From Candidatus Poseidoniaceae archaeon (GTDB lineage Archaea > Thermoplasmatota > Poseidoniia > Poseidoniales > Poseidoniaceae): a stretch of 64,000 nt of DNA. Location: positions 44,442 to 108,441 of the forward strand of contig CALSPS010000002.1 in assembly GCA_943788295.1 (NCBI GenBank), in the 5' to 3' direction. The first letter of the stretch is position 1; the number at the start of each line of letters is the position of its first letter. Below the pieces are notes generated by a model. The model saw only the letters and a program-made list of their open reading frames with translations, was not told the DNA's origin and did not search any database. Positions 47,588-57,574 of this stretch are shown here, piece by piece. A program made the translations under genes and the position numbers.

Positions 47588-48595
47588 ATGGCATTGCAAA
47601 TTCTTGTCACCGGTGGCGCTGGGTTCCTCGGCTCGTCCTTGTGCGAGGCTTTGATTGCAGATGGGCATCGAGTGGTGGCCTTAGACTCCTTGTTCCGAGG
47701 TTCGCTCGACAACATCGCCTCACTTGAATCTCATCCAGATTTTTTCTTTGTCCAGGGTGACGTGAGAAGCATTGAGGCACTGGATGCCTGTGCTGAAATG
47801 CTGGGCGGTCTCGACCTCATCTATCACCTGGCTGCAATTAATGGGACCAAATGGTTTCATGAAGCAGCCCATTCCGTGATTGATGTCAACATCAATGGGA
47901 CCTTGAGAACCCTTGAATTAGCTATGGCGCACGACGCTCGGTATGTTTTGGCCTCATCTCCCGAAGCGTTTGGAGAGGCGGAAATCCAGCCGATCAAGAA
48001 TGGAAACCCAATGTCGTTCACCGACCCACAGGTCCATCAACGCCACTCCTATGGTGCGAGCAAGTACCTCGATGAAGTCGCGGCACAACACGCTGCACGC
48101 GACGGTTTAGATGTTCGAATTGTGCGGCCCTTCAATGCCTACGGCCCTCGTTTGAACGGGGGCGCCTACGGGCAAGTTGTGGCGATGTTCTTTGAGGCCA
48201 TCCTCTCTTCGAATCCAATAGAGATTCATAATCAGGGCACCCAAACGCGCTCGTTCACGTGGATTGATGACATCACCGATGGATTCCTCAAAGCAGGACT
48301 TACGCCAGATGACGCTTCCAAACGCTTGAGCAGTGTGGCGTTCAACATTGGTTCTTCAGAGGAAGTCAGCATCACAGAATTGCAAGAAAAAATCTACAGA
48401 ATTGTCCAAAGCGATTCAAAATGGACCTCGGCCTTACCTGAGGTTAAGTTCACTCCTGGGTACCATGGTGACGCTCAACGACGGTTGCCAGATGCTTCAT
48501 TGAGTCAGTCGTTGCTTGACTGGAAGCCAACCACTAGCCTCGATGAAGGGCTGGCGTTCATGTGGGCTCGTCTGCGTGATGATCAGCGGTTGTAG
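47588..48595 (+). CDS. NAD-dependent nucleotide-sugar epimerase/dehydratase (UDP-glucuronate decarboxylase / dTDP-glucose dehydratase-like).
   Basis: ATG 47588 preceded by GAAGGT. ILVTGGAGFLGSSL and catalytic YGASK. Confidence 0.8.
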   Translation: MALQILVTGGAGFLGSSLCEALIADGHRVVALDSLFRGSLDNIASLESHPDFFFVQGDVRSIEALDACAEMLGGLDLIYHLAAINGTKWFHEAAHSVIDVNINGTLRTLELAMAHDARYVLASSPEAFGEAEIQPIKNGNPMSFTDPQVHQRHSYGASKYLDEVAAQHAARDGLDVRIVRPFNAYGPRLNGGAYGQVVAMFFEAILSSNPIEIHNQGTQTRSFTWIDDITDGFLKAGLTPDDASKRLSSVAFNIGSSEEVSITELQEKIYRIVQSDSKWTSALPEVKFTPGYHGDAQRRLPDASLSQSLLDWKPTTSLDEGLAFMWARLRDDQRL

Positions 48596-49389
48596 TGCTT
48601 TTGCACCTTTTCACCCCAGCCGCTTGGGGCTGGAGATAACCGATCATGGCCGTGTTGGCACAGCACATCGAGACCTTCTGGTGGCAATGTTTGCTCCGTA
48701 GTCCACAGCGCCTTTACTCGAAGCACTGCCAATCGAGCTACGGCATCTGGAAGCGGGCGATCTTCTATGAATTCAACTTCGATGGCAGCTACAGCCTCAT
48801 TGATGAGCAGTGGTTCATCTGCATGATGGGTGAAGGCCGTCATGTTCCATTCGCTCTCATCGCTGGGCAATGGTGCCGCAGTTTCATCGACGGCTTTGAC
48901 GGTGGACAGATTCGCTGGCATCAGGTGGAGCATGGCTCGCTTCGTCGCTCTTAGGTTGTGCAATGTGTCCCGGTATGTTCCATCCCGATTGCAACTGAAA
49001 GAGGCAATAAGCAACGGGGGGCCGGTGGATACAGCCATCACCGAAGTGTACGGTGCGAGATTGAAATGGCCGTTTTCATCTTGAGTTGAAGCGACGATCA
49101 GTGGTCGTGGGGACAGGATGCCAGACAGCCATCCTGCGCGAACAGCGTGGTCAAGTTGGTCAGCATCCAGCCTGCGAGCATCGCTCAAGGAGTGCGTCGG
49201 TGCAGGTGTGAACCATGCATCGAGTTTGCCGTTTCCAAGTTCTTCTATGGCGTGTTCATTGAACGCGATGTAACTTCGCCATGCATCGAGTTCGGAATCT
49301 TCCCCACGCTCGGTTTTCCGAGCAATCGATGCTTCTGCATAGGCATTGCATTTTTTCAAATAATCAACAATGACGCCCTTTTCATCCAT
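48583..49389 (-). CDS. Flavin reductase-like (FMN-binding split-barrel) domain protein with an extra N-terminal helical region.
   Basis: SPRPLIVASTQDENGHFNLAPYTSVMAVSTGPPLLIASFS resembles the Flavin_Reduct core. The 3' end overlaps the convergent epimerase gene by 13 nt. Confidence 0.5.
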   Translation of the reverse strand: MDEKGVIVDYLKKCNAYAEASIARKTERGEDSELDAWRSYIAFNEHAIEELGNGKLDAWFTPAPTHSLSDARRLDADQLDHAVRAGWLSGILSPRPLIVASTQDENGHFNLAPYTSVMAVSTGPPLLIASFSCNRDGTYRDTLHNLRATKRAMLHLMPANLSTVKAVDETAAPLPSDESEWNMTAFTHHADEPLLINEAVAAIEVEFIEDRPLPDAVARLAVLRVKALWTTEQTLPPEGLDVLCQHGHDRLSPAPSGWGEKVQKHYNR

Positions 49390-49872
49390 TCAATCCTCTC
49401 CATTTGTTGTGCTTTCTCGACCGCCTTTGCGTTCGTACTCTTCTCGAGTTGAGTGGTACCGTGCGGGTGTTCCGACCCATACCTCGTTTTTTGGAAGGTT
49501 ACGTGTGAGGGTGGCCCCGGCTCCAAGAACTGAATTTTCACCGATGCTCACGCCAGCCACCACTGTGGCTCCACCTCCAACCACTGCTCCAGAAGCGACT
49601 CGGACGGGCAACCATTTGGTTGAATCCTTCGAGGGTGGATAGAGATCGTTCAGGAGCGTTGCATTTGGCCCGATGAACACATTGCTGCCAAGAATCGATC
49701 CATCAGCGATGTAAGCCCCTCCTTGAATCCGGCAACCATTGCCAAGCCGCACGTTTCTTCCAATGTGCGCAAGTGCGCCGATTGAACACTCACGGCCAAC
49801 CGTCAGTCCTTCTCCAAGGTGACAAGGGCTCCACGCAACGCTTTCTGCGCCAACGTCGATTCTTTCGTTCAT
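49390..49872 (-). CDS. Hexapeptide-repeat (left-handed beta-helix) acyl/acetyltransferase.
   Basis: Repeated [LIV]G motifs: IGRNVRLGNGCRIQGGAYIADGSILGSNVFIGPNA and GAVVGGGATVVAGVSIGENSVLGAGATL. The stop abuts the next gene's ATG. Confidence 0.8.
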   Translation of the reverse strand: MNERIDVGAESVAWSPCHLGEGLTVGRECSIGALAHIGRNVRLGNGCRIQGGAYIADGSILGSNVFIGPNATLLNDLYPPSKDSTKWLPVRVASGAVVGGGATVVAGVSIGENSVLGAGATLTRNLPKNEVWVGTPARYHSTREEYERKGGRESTTNGED

Positions 49873-49882
49873 GGCCCCACGC

Positions 49883-50413
49883 TCATTCGGTCATACCGAG
49901 TTCACGCATCAACATGGGTACGTGTCCTTTGGCTTTGACGTTGTATCGGAGCCATTCGAAGCATCCCTCCGGGCCAATCACAAACGTTGATCGGGCGCAC
50001 CCCATGTATTCTCTTCCGTAATTCTTCTTCATTCGCCAAGTTCCAAAGGCCTCATGGAGCACACCTTCGGAATCAAGCAGGAGCGGGAAATTGAGGTCTT
50101 GCTTCTGAATGAATTTCTCGTGGGAAGCCGCAGAGTCTTTTGAAACTCCAAGGACGACATAGCCTTCGTGGACGAGGCGTTCCATTGAGTCGCGGAAATC
50201 GCAGGCTTGGGTGGTGCATCCGGGGGTTGAATCTCTCGGGTAGAAGTAAAGAATGACCGTTTTTCCCTCGGCCATGTAGGCTTCAAGGTCGTGTTGGTGG
50301 CCAGCAGAGTCTTGCACAGAGAACCTTGGGGACTCTGACCCAACAGTGTGTGAAATGGCTTCGTTCATGGTGTATGCAACCGCTGGTACATCATGAAGGG
50401 TTGCTTTTTCCAA
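49883..50413 (-). CDS. bcp: Thiol peroxidase / peroxiredoxin Bcp.
   Basis: GKTVILYFYPRDSTPGCTTQACDFRD. The track start at 50413 is TTG. ATG at 50368 (MNEAISHTVGSESPRF) gives a family-typical N-terminus. Confidence 0.88.
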   Translation of the reverse strand: MEKATLHDVPAVAYTMNEAISHTVGSESPRFSVQDSAGHQHDLEAYMAEGKTVILYFYPRDSTPGCTTQACDFRDSMERLVHEGYVVLGVSKDSAASHEKFIQKQDLNFPLLLDSEGVLHEAFGTWRMKKNYGREYMGCARSTFVIGPEGCFEWLRYNVKAKGHVPMLMRELGMTE

Positions 50414-50566
50414 TTCGGAGGTATTTGACCCTGTTTCGCGAGCCTTTTTGGGTTTAAATCGACCTCTGTATACCTTTTATGCGAAATGCATAGATGTCGA
50501 CTCAGATGTGGTAAAACCTATAATGGTGACCGATTCTTTCAATAACCGGCAGGTAAACGAAGCGGT

Positions 50567-50998
50567 ATGGTCGCATCGCGTATGTCTCGACGTTCTCGTC
50601 GGTACTTCAAGCGCATACAGCGTGTGACGACCAAGTTTGATCTTCAGGCCATAGCCAGCTCGATTCAAACTGATTTGGACAAAAGAAACGTGTCGTACGA
50701 TGAGGCTCTCACACTGGGCAACTTGATTCAACACCGTGCCGATCAGTTGCCCGGGGACACCATTGTCTATGCGATTTCAGACCGTGACGCTTACCGGCGC
50801 ACCCTCGAACTCTATCTTCGCGACGCCTTGCTCACACGCACTGAACAACTGCTTCTTTGGGAGGAGCGACGTCGATTAGGGATTTCAGAGCAAGAGCATG
50901 ATCGCCTCCTCCACCAATTGCTGTTGCAGTGGAAGTCACAAGGCAAGCGAGTCACCATTGACCGCTTTGACAAACCGGGAGGGGAAGCCTCTGCGTGA
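50567..50998 (+). CDS. Small basic cytoplasmic protein, unknown function; first gene of the same-strand block leading into the archaellum operon.
   Basis: 143-aa ORF with an Arg-rich N-terminus (SRMSRRSRRYFKR) and a helical C-half (LLTRTEQLLLWEERRRLGISEQEHDRLL). I recognise no family. Confidence 0.45.
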   Translation: MVASRMSRRSRRYFKRIQRVTTKFDLQAIASSIQTDLDKRNVSYDEALTLGNLIQHRADQLPGDTIVYAISDRDAYRRTLELYLRDALLTRTEQLLLWEERRRLGISEQEHDRLLHQLLLQWKSQGKRVTIDRFDKPGGEASA

Positions 50999-53900
50999 AC
51001 ACCGCTCCTCAACGACGAAGCTTGCTTTGGCGTTGGTCATCCTCTTCTTGGTCCCAATGGCCACTCCCCTGATTGGGAGCAGTGGCGCTCAAACTTCGGG
51101 CAGGGCTGCACCTGACTTTGGTGTCACCCTCCTGACCTTTAGCGGAGCAGGATCGATTGACCGCGGGGTTGGAATTTATCTCGAACCAGCAGAACATGAT
51201 GTGCGAGTTGTTGTTCGAAACACAGGCGATTTGAGCGGAAGTGCGTCCCTGCAACTCGTTCACAAAGGCTCGCCTACATCCGGCGAGTACATCGTGACCA
51301 CCATCGCCCTGGGGTCCATTCCTGCGCTCACCACTTCCAATCCAATCGTTATTCCTTGGACAGCCACCACCGGGGACGCTCAAACGCTCTTTGCCCGTGT
51401 CTCTGGCGCAGGTGACAGCAACCCGGGCAACAACGAACAACGCAAGGATTTCGATGTCAAAAACAACCACAGCGGAATCACAACCGATGACAACCTCCCG
51501 GACATTTCACCTGGCGAAACAGAAGTTGGTATCACTCGCACCATGAAGACATTCAATGTCTCGGTTCGAAATGCTGGGGTGAAAACAATTTCAGCAGTGA
51601 TGAATATAACCGTGACCGATTCGAACGACCCCTCCACTTCCTTCACGTTCTGGTCGAACACCCAGACGCTTCAAGCAGGCTCCCTGTTTTCCGCCTCGGG
51701 TGTTGAGAATTTGACCTACTCGTTCGATTCTTCCACCTTTAGTGGCCTTTGGGAGATGACCTTCACGGTGACCTACAACGGTACAATGTGGAATTACAAC
51801 GAAACTGTTGATTCATTCACGGCACGATTCTCCAACTATACAGCCTCCTTGTCTTCGCTGGGCGACCGCTCCATCGAACCGGGTCAAACGGGAACCCTCA
51901 CGTTCCTTCTGAAGAACACAGGTGGCTTGATGGATTCCTATCGCATACAATCGATCAGCGCTTCGCCCGTCAGTCGAAGTTGGGCCGACACCTCACTTGT
52001 CACCACATCCACTCCCACGATTGCCCCTGGCGCAACGACCTCCATCGCCATTGCCGTGACGGTTCCAGTGGACGAAAACAGGACCAATGCGACCTCCATC
52101 ACACTCACTCTTCTGTCGCTTCAAGACGGATACACTCTGGTGACAACCGCTGTGGTCCAAGCTGGCGAGTCCTACCTTGCATCAATCGAAATGCCAAGCA
52201 CCACGACCATGCTCAAACCAGGCGTTTCAGCCTCGGTGATGGCCAACATCACCAATGAGGGGAACGTAGGCGGAGAATTCACCTTTGATTGTGGCCTCTC
52301 CGTGGCTGCAGTGAACTGGGTGTTGGACCTTCAAGGTCAGCCATGCGAGGAAGTTTCGATGTACATCAATCGTTCCCAAACCATTCAAGTTCCAATCGAC
52401 ATCAAGGTTCCACCAATCAAGAGCCCGTTGGATCCTGGCGAATTCAATCTGGCAGGCCAACCGCTCCAAGTTTGGTTGCAGGTTCAGGCAAATGGTGGCG
52501 GCCTCCCAGTTCAAAACTCCTCCAACATCGAAGTCCTTCCAACGATTGTGGTGGACCCAGGTTTGCCTGTTGAGGAAATGACCTTGACCGCAGAAGATGT
52601 AATTGCAGCAAGAAACGGTCAAGGCCTCGAAGACATCTTGTCGCTTGATGTCGAAGTCCGACACAATTTGTTTTCCAACATTGATGAAACACTCTCCGCT
52701 GAAGTTGTGGTGTCGAGCATTTCTTTCCTAGCAGCAAACACTGGCGGTTTCACCGAAGCCGAACGTTGGTCCGCCTCAGTTTCTCCACCAAGTTTGACCG
52801 GACTGCGCCCGGGCGATACGCAACCGGCAATCCTCGCCATTCAAGGTCCCGATGATGACTATCCCTTGGCAGGTACGCTCACCCTCTCAGTGACTGTGAC
52901 GCCCTTCCTCGGTGGCGTGCACACTGGTAGCGGCGTTGGCGCCACGTCAGTCACACGAAACTTATCGATCATCATTCCAACCGTCTACGGTGCGGATATT
53001 CTAGAAGACGGACCGGTCGATGTGATGGTCGGTGTCCAAACTCCTGTGGCCTTCCAACTGGCAAACACCGGAAACGACCTCACATCTTACCGATTGCGAG
53101 TGGCAGATGTACCAAGCGACTGGACTGTTGAATTCAATGGAACCACTGACACAATCGATAACCTCTCTGCGGATGTTGCTGACCACCCAGATGTCGGAGG
53201 TGCTCACAAAACTATTGTTGAGTTGCTGATCACAACCGACCCCTTTGTTCCAGCAAATTCGATTATCCCACTCACCCTTACGGTTGAACACCGAGACACA
53301 GGCGAGATCATCACCGAACACATTCTGCCGATTCGAGTTGGTGAAATCCGCAATGGTACTCTTTTCCCGCTGACCCAAACTCTATCTCTGGCACCTACGG
53401 ATGTGGGCGAATTCAAGACCATCAAGATCACAAACACTGGAAACGCTCCAACGACCTTCTATGTCTGGCTTGACAACAGCGAAGCAGGCGACGTCATGTT
53501 CGAACTTGATTCGAATCCATCGATGTTAATCGCTCCCAATTACGAGGACATCATCAAGGTGAGGGCTACACCTTCCTCCACTGCCAGTGCTGATCAAAAC
53601 TACGTCACCACCGTTTGGGTCGAAGATTCAAGCGGCGTCGTCAACATGTCTGCAAACATTACAGCCAACATCACCAAGAGTTCGGACATTCAAGTCGAAG
53701 GCCCTCAGGTCGTTGCTGTCACACCTGGTGAAATGACCATGGTCGAGTTCAATGTGACCAACATTGGCAACCTTCAGGAGTCAGTGGTGGTCAAGCCTAC
53801 TGTTGAAGGAGAATGGTCAACCGATGTCAGTGAAATCGGCATGACCTTGTCGATCAACCAAACCATTGCAGGGCAGGTTGTTGTGAGCGTTCCAAGCCTC

Positions 53901-55901
53901 GGTGGCGAAACCACGTTGCTCGACGGTTCAGTGCACAACTTGACGATCTCAGTGTACGATGCCGATTCCTCCGCTTTCAAAACAAGCATAGTGATTCAAC
54001 TGAGGGTTGGTGCGCTGTTCACCTTGGAAGCAGAAGACTGGCCTACAGAGATGGAATTTTATCGCCAAGGCACACGAACATGGGAAGTGTCGTTGCTCAA
54101 CACTGGAAACCGAGATGTTGAGGTTGAAGTCGGTTACGTCATTCATGCACCCGGTCTGACCATCCAATCGACGGATTGGGCAATGGTTTCAGACGCTCCA
54201 ACCACGCTTTTATTGCCAATTGGTGTCCCTGTGACTCATATCTTTAGCGTCGAGGCTCTGAATTTCGAACCCGATTTGTCGACAACTGCAGACTTCAAAA
54301 TCTACTACCAGCCAAGCGATGCGCTGGTCGAAGGAAACGCCTCGTTCGCAACTCAACTCAAGATGTCTCGGTTCTTCAGCACTGGCGAAATTGTGCTTCG
54401 CCCGGAAGTCGGTGACCCACCATTGGACATCGACCTGACGTATTCTCACATTCCAAACGGCCAAGCATTGAGCGCTGCTTATGAGCTTGAATTGTGCGGC
54501 GCTACCCGCATGCTGGACTTCAGTTCTTTGAACCTGAACGAAGCAGACTACCCATGGTCATTCACAGTCATCCTCCCAGATGCCAACAACACGGAAATCA
54601 CTTTGCCGCTTGAGTCCTCTTCTTGTGCCACTGGTACCCAAGGCGAGGCGGCCAGAATCTCTCTGCCAGAACGCAGTGCGTGGGACACAACCGACCCGAT
54701 TAAGATCCGAGTCCAAACCCCCGTTCGTCCAAACATCCTCTCTGGAGATGGATGGGACTTAGAATTCCGTTTGTACCATCCTACGGAGAACGCCGGTTAC
54801 ACGAATTTCGTTCCAGAAACCTTCAGTTTTGCCTTGGATGTCTTTGCAGATCCGCTGGTCGAAGCAATGGATGAGGTGAGTCTTGCTGAGGGTGAAGAAT
54901 ACGACCTTACGCTTACCGTGCTCAACGCTGGTACAGCATCAGCAATCGGTATCGATGTGGCGCTTGTATGCTCTGACGCAGTGATTCTCAATATCCCAAC
55001 AAACCCGAGTGGTGGACCAATGATTGGTCTGCTTGGACCGGGCCAATCGGTAGAACTTACATGGGTCATCCAACCGAATGCCATCGATTGGTGGATTCAA
55101 TCCAAATCTTCAACCTGCACCGCAACCGTCGATGCCGTGTACATGGCAAAGAACGTTGTAGGCAATGACGTTCGCACCATTGAACTTGATGTCGAATCGT
55201 CATCACCAGGTGTATCGACCAGCTTCATCGCACTCATCATTTGTTTCCTCACATCGTTCATTCTTTTGCGCTTAACAGGTCAAAATGAGAAATTCCGCCT
55301 TCTATCGGTCTACTCGGGTGTGCTTGGCTTCGGCTTCGCGTTCCACGTCCTTGACGTTCCATTCTGGGGGCTTTCCGTGCTTCTGCTCGCAGCCCTTTGG
55401 ATTTGGCGAATGAGTTGGGCCAGCGCTGAAGAGTTCAAACTGATTCACGAAGATTACCAAAGAGCCCGCCGTGGTGTTTCCACGCTTTATGCGGATCACT
55501 TCGATGCTCTGCGTGACAGCAGAAGACAACTCAGCGTCATTCTCGCCGTGCCGGTGTTGGGATTCTTGGTGGTTGTCCTCGGCCTACCTCCACAAATCTA
55601 CAACGACCAAAACAACCTTGTTTCCCTGGTCGTTTATGTCACCATTGTCATGCTTGGCGTTTGGATGATCATCCTCCGCGCTGACCGTGCTTACGGTAAT
55701 CTCTATGGTCGCTTGACGGACATCGAGGTCAAGGCCACTCGCATCGAGCGCGACCTTGGCGACCCGGCGCGCCTGTTCAACGAACTGGCTAACGATGGCT
55801 TAGATTTGGACGAAATCTTTGGAGAACTTTCCGCTACTGCAACCGTTGGCTCCATCGTTTCCGGTGAGGCTCCAACAGAGGAGGTGAACGACGATGTCTA
55901 A
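50898..55901 (+). CDS. Giant envelope protein (about 1640-1667 aa) with at least 9 CARDB/NEW3-like beta-sandwich modules followed by a C-terminal 5-helix membrane domain and an acidic tail. Start uncertain.
   Basis: Signal-like KLALALVILFLVPMATPLIG. Recurrent xVxNxGN motifs: VVVRNTGDLSG, VSVRNAGVKT, LLKNTGGLMD, ANITNEGNVG, QLANTGNDLT, KITNTGNAPT, NVTNIGNLQE, SLLNTGNRDV, TVLNAGTASA. Hydrophobic helices lie at nt about 55214-55680. The annotated ATG overlaps the upstream ORF by 101 nt; an in-frame TTG at 50967 is possible. Confidence 0.8.
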   Translation: MIASSTNCCCSGSHKASESPLTALTNREGKPLREHRSSTTKLALALVILFLVPMATPLIGSSGAQTSGRAAPDFGVTLLTFSGAGSIDRGVGIYLEPAEHDVRVVVRNTGDLSGSASLQLVHKGSPTSGEYIVTTIALGSIPALTTSNPIVIPWTATTGDAQTLFARVSGAGDSNPGNNEQRKDFDVKNNHSGITTDDNLPDISPGETEVGITRTMKTFNVSVRNAGVKTISAVMNITVTDSNDPSTSFTFWSNTQTLQAGSLFSASGVENLTYSFDSSTFSGLWEMTFTVTYNGTMWNYNETVDSFTARFSNYTASLSSLGDRSIEPGQTGTLTFLLKNTGGLMDSYRIQSISASPVSRSWADTSLVTTSTPTIAPGATTSIAIAVTVPVDENRTNATSITLTLLSLQDGYTLVTTAVVQAGESYLASIEMPSTTTMLKPGVSASVMANITNEGNVGGEFTFDCGLSVAAVNWVLDLQGQPCEEVSMYINRSQTIQVPIDIKVPPIKSPLDPGEFNLAGQPLQVWLQVQANGGGLPVQNSSNIEVLPTIVVDPGLPVEEMTLTAEDVIAARNGQGLEDILSLDVEVRHNLFSNIDETLSAEVVVSSISFLAANTGGFTEAERWSASVSPPSLTGLRPGDTQPAILAIQGPDDDYPLAGTLTLSVTVTPFLGGVHTGSGVGATSVTRNLSIIIPTVYGADILEDGPVDVMVGVQTPVAFQLANTGNDLTSYRLRVADVPSDWTVEFNGTTDTIDNLSADVADHPDVGGAHKTIVELLITTDPFVPANSIIPLTLTVEHRDTGEIITEHILPIRVGEIRNGTLFPLTQTLSLAPTDVGEFKTIKITNTGNAPTTFYVWLDNSEAGDVMFELDSNPSMLIAPNYEDIIKVRATPSSTASADQNYVTTVWVEDSSGVVNMSANITANITKSSDIQVEGPQVVAVTPGEMTMVEFNVTNIGNLQESVVVKPTVEGEWSTDVSEIGMTLSINQTIAGQVVVSVPSLGGETTLLDGSVHNLTISVYDADSSAFKTSIVIQLRVGALFTLEAEDWPTEMEFYRQGTRTWEVSLLNTGNRDVEVEVGYVIHAPGLTIQSTDWAMVSDAPTTLLLPIGVPVTHIFSVEALNFEPDLSTTADFKIYYQPSDALVEGNASFATQLKMSRFFSTGEIVLRPEVGDPPLDIDLTYSHIPNGQALSAAYELELCGATRMLDFSSLNLNEADYPWSFTVILPDANNTEITLPLESSSCATGTQGEAARISLPERSAWDTTDPIKIRVQTPVRPNILSGDGWDLEFRLYHPTENAGYTNFVPETFSFALDVFADPLVEAMDEVSLAEGEEYDLTLTVLNAGTASAIGIDVALVCSDAVILNIPTNPSGGPMIGLLGPGQSVELTWVIQPNAIDWWIQSKSSTCTATVDAVYMAKNVVGNDVRTIELDVESSSPGVSTSFIALIICFLTSFILLRLTGQNEKFRLLSVYSGVLGFGFAFHVLDVPFWGLSVLLLAALWIWRMSWASAEEFKLIHEDYQRARRGVSTLYADHFDALRDSRRQLSVILAVPVLGFLVVVLGLPPQIYNDQNNLVSLVVYVTIVMLGVWMIILRADRAYGNLYGRLTDIEVKATRIERDLGDPARLFNELANDGLDLDEIFGELSATATVGSIVSGEAPTEEVNDDV

Positions 55902-56955
55902 GCAAGATCTTGATGTCATCGACGACCCAGATATGCTGCTTGACGAAGTCGATGCAGGATTCGAGGTTCCTAATGCGGAATTGGATGAATCGGTGGCGAC
56001 AACCAGTGAGATGTCCGAGGGTGAAGTCGAGGAAGCGCGGGCTGCTATCGCAGCAAGCAAAGATTCGGCAGACCGCTTGATTTCTGCATCGAGAGAACTC
56101 GAATCGCTTGTCTTTGGCGTCATACAAGACGAGGGCAATTCGTTAGCCGGAACCGAAGTTGACATCGCAGACGCAAAACAATTCCTCCACACGCACAACC
56201 TCCGAAAGGCCCGCAAGTCGGTCAAGAAAGCCGAACAATCACTTGCACTGCTTGAGGAAGATGTTCTTCATTTGCGCCGAAACATCGCTATGCTTCACCG
56301 ACTCTTGAGTGAGAAAAAAATCAACGAATCGGAAGTAGAAACCATCCTCCTGCGTTTGAGATCTGCAACCGGTGCTGCAGAAATTGGTGATGTGGCCATC
56401 GCTGCAGGCGAAGTCGAACACCTTGTCGATGACCTGATTGGCGGCAACACATCCACACTCAACCCCTTCTTATTCCGCCACTTCTGGCTCGGTCTTGACA
56501 CTCGATGGCCTGCTGGTGGCGATGAAGGCGTGTTGATCGTGCGGATCATCAACGATGGCCCAGTAGCCATGCCAAACATGCGACTCGCTCCTCCTGTACC
56601 AGAGGGCTGGACTTGCGTTCCTTCTTCGGTTGACCTTCCAATCATTGCACCTGGCGGAAACCTACCGTTGCGGTTTGAAGTCAAAGCAAACCGAAGGTAT
56701 GGGGCGGATGAAATTCCGTTGTCAAGAAAACTCGCTATTGCAACTTCATACGAAATGCGTACAGGTGAAATCACAGCCACTATTCGTGCGCAAAACCGCT
56801 CGATGGAACCCCTCCAAGACATCGTGTTGTCGCCGTGGATACCACCCGGTTTTACAACACCTAAGGTCCCCTTCATCAATCGTCTCGCACCAGACGAAGT
56901 CGCTCTTATTCGCATGCCTCTGCGCATCAAAATCGGTTCGGGAGGCAACGCCTGA
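55894..56955 (+). CDS. Cytoplasmic protein with an acidic N-terminus, a helical/coiled-coil middle, an NPFL motif and C-terminal NEW3/CARDB-like beta-sandwich(es). Translationally coupled to the giant gene.
   Basis: ATGTCTAA overlap with the upstream stop (55894-55901). No signal peptide or [88 protein letters not shown]. Confidence 0.7.
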   Translation: MSKQDLDVIDDPDMLLDEVDAGFEVPNAELDESVATTSEMSEGEVEEARAAIAASKDSADRLISASRELESLVFGVIQDEGNSLAGTEVDIADAKQFLHTHNLRKARKSVKKAEQSLALLEEDVLHLRRNIAMLHRLLSEKKINESEVETILLRLRSATGAAEIGDVAIAAGEVEHLVDDLIGGNTSTLNPFLFRHFWLGLDTRWPAGGDEGVLIVRIINDGPVAMPNMRLAPPVPEGWTCVPSSVDLPIIAPGGNLPLRFEVKANRRYGADEIPLSRKLAIATSYEMRTGEITATIRAQNRSMEPLQDIVLSPWIPPGFTTPKVPFINRLAPDEVALIRMPLRIKIGSGGNA

Positions 56956-56983
56956 ACCACTCCAATTCCACCCTACGTGGGGG

Positions 56984-56992
56984 ATACAAAAA
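56984..56992 (+). promoter_or_regulatory. A-rich TATA-like element upstream of arlB1 (weak call).
   Basis: GGGGATACAAAAAAAACAAAAAATGGTGAAAAATATG. The element centre is about 26 nt from ATG 57014, which would make the archaellin mRNA leaderless. Confidence 0.25.
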
Positions 56993-57013
56993 AAACAAAA
57001 AATGGTGAAAAAT

Positions 57014-57574
57014 ATGAAAGAAAATACGAACGAAAACAGCGATAACCTCGCTGCAATTGGTATTGGTGCAATGATTGTCTTCATTGCCCTGATTCTTGTT
57101 GCGGCGGTTGCAGCAGCGGTCATTATTCAGACTGCAGAACAATTGCAACAAAACGCCCAGTCCACTGGCGAAGAAACAACTGACTTGTTGTCCTCCAAGG
57201 TGAACATCAAGGGTGCAGTGATTACCGGCACTGGTGCAAACCAGGTCTACATCACATTCGAACTCGCACCGGGATCTGACTCTGTTACAGCAAGCACTGT
57301 GGCATGGTCGATCATGTGCAGCGGTACCCCAAGTGGTACTGACTACGGAACCTTCGGTGCCGCATTGGAAGTTGGCGGCGGTACTCTTACTGGCGGCCTC
57401 CTCAATCCAGGTACAACCTACACAATGGAAATCACAGCCGCTGGCGGCCTTGCCACCTGCGTACCAACAGCAAATCAAGACCATTCATTGATGATTCAAT
57501 CCGGAAAGGGTGGATTCACCTACGAATTGCTCAACTACGGTGGTAACATCGCAGCAGGCGAGGTGATTGTATGA
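57014..57574 (+). CDS. arlB: Archaellin (archaeal flagellin) 1.
   Basis: Class III signal plus conserved hydrophobic N-terminus: [49 protein letters not shown]. An alternative ATG lies at 57002. The ORF-track start at 56630 overlaps the preceding gene. Confidence 0.9.
   Translation: MKENTNENSDNLAAIGIGAMIVFIALILVAAVAAAVIIQTAEQLQQNAQSTGEETTDLLSSKVNIKGAVITGTGANQVYITFELAPGSDSVTASTVAWSIMCSGTPSGTDYGTFGAALEVGGGTLTGGLLNPGTTYTMEITAAGGLATCVPTANQDHSLMIQSGKGGFTYELLNYGGNIAAGEVIV

Noticed and set aside
50414-50566. TATA-like strings (TTTAAA at 50453-50458, CCTATAAT at 50517-50524) in the divergent bcp / 50567 intergenic region.
   Set aside because: Their distances to the candidate starts (TTG 50413 or ATG 50368 for bcp; ATG 50567) do not single out one promoter. 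I could not support a specific call, so they are left as unassigned AT-rich promoter-region signals.
56630-57001. Long N-terminal extension of the first archaellin ORF, overlapping the preceding gene.
   Set aside because: Archaellins have short class III signal peptides. The paralog arlB2 starts 16 residues before AIGIG. ATG 57014 (or 57002) gives the equivalent architecture.
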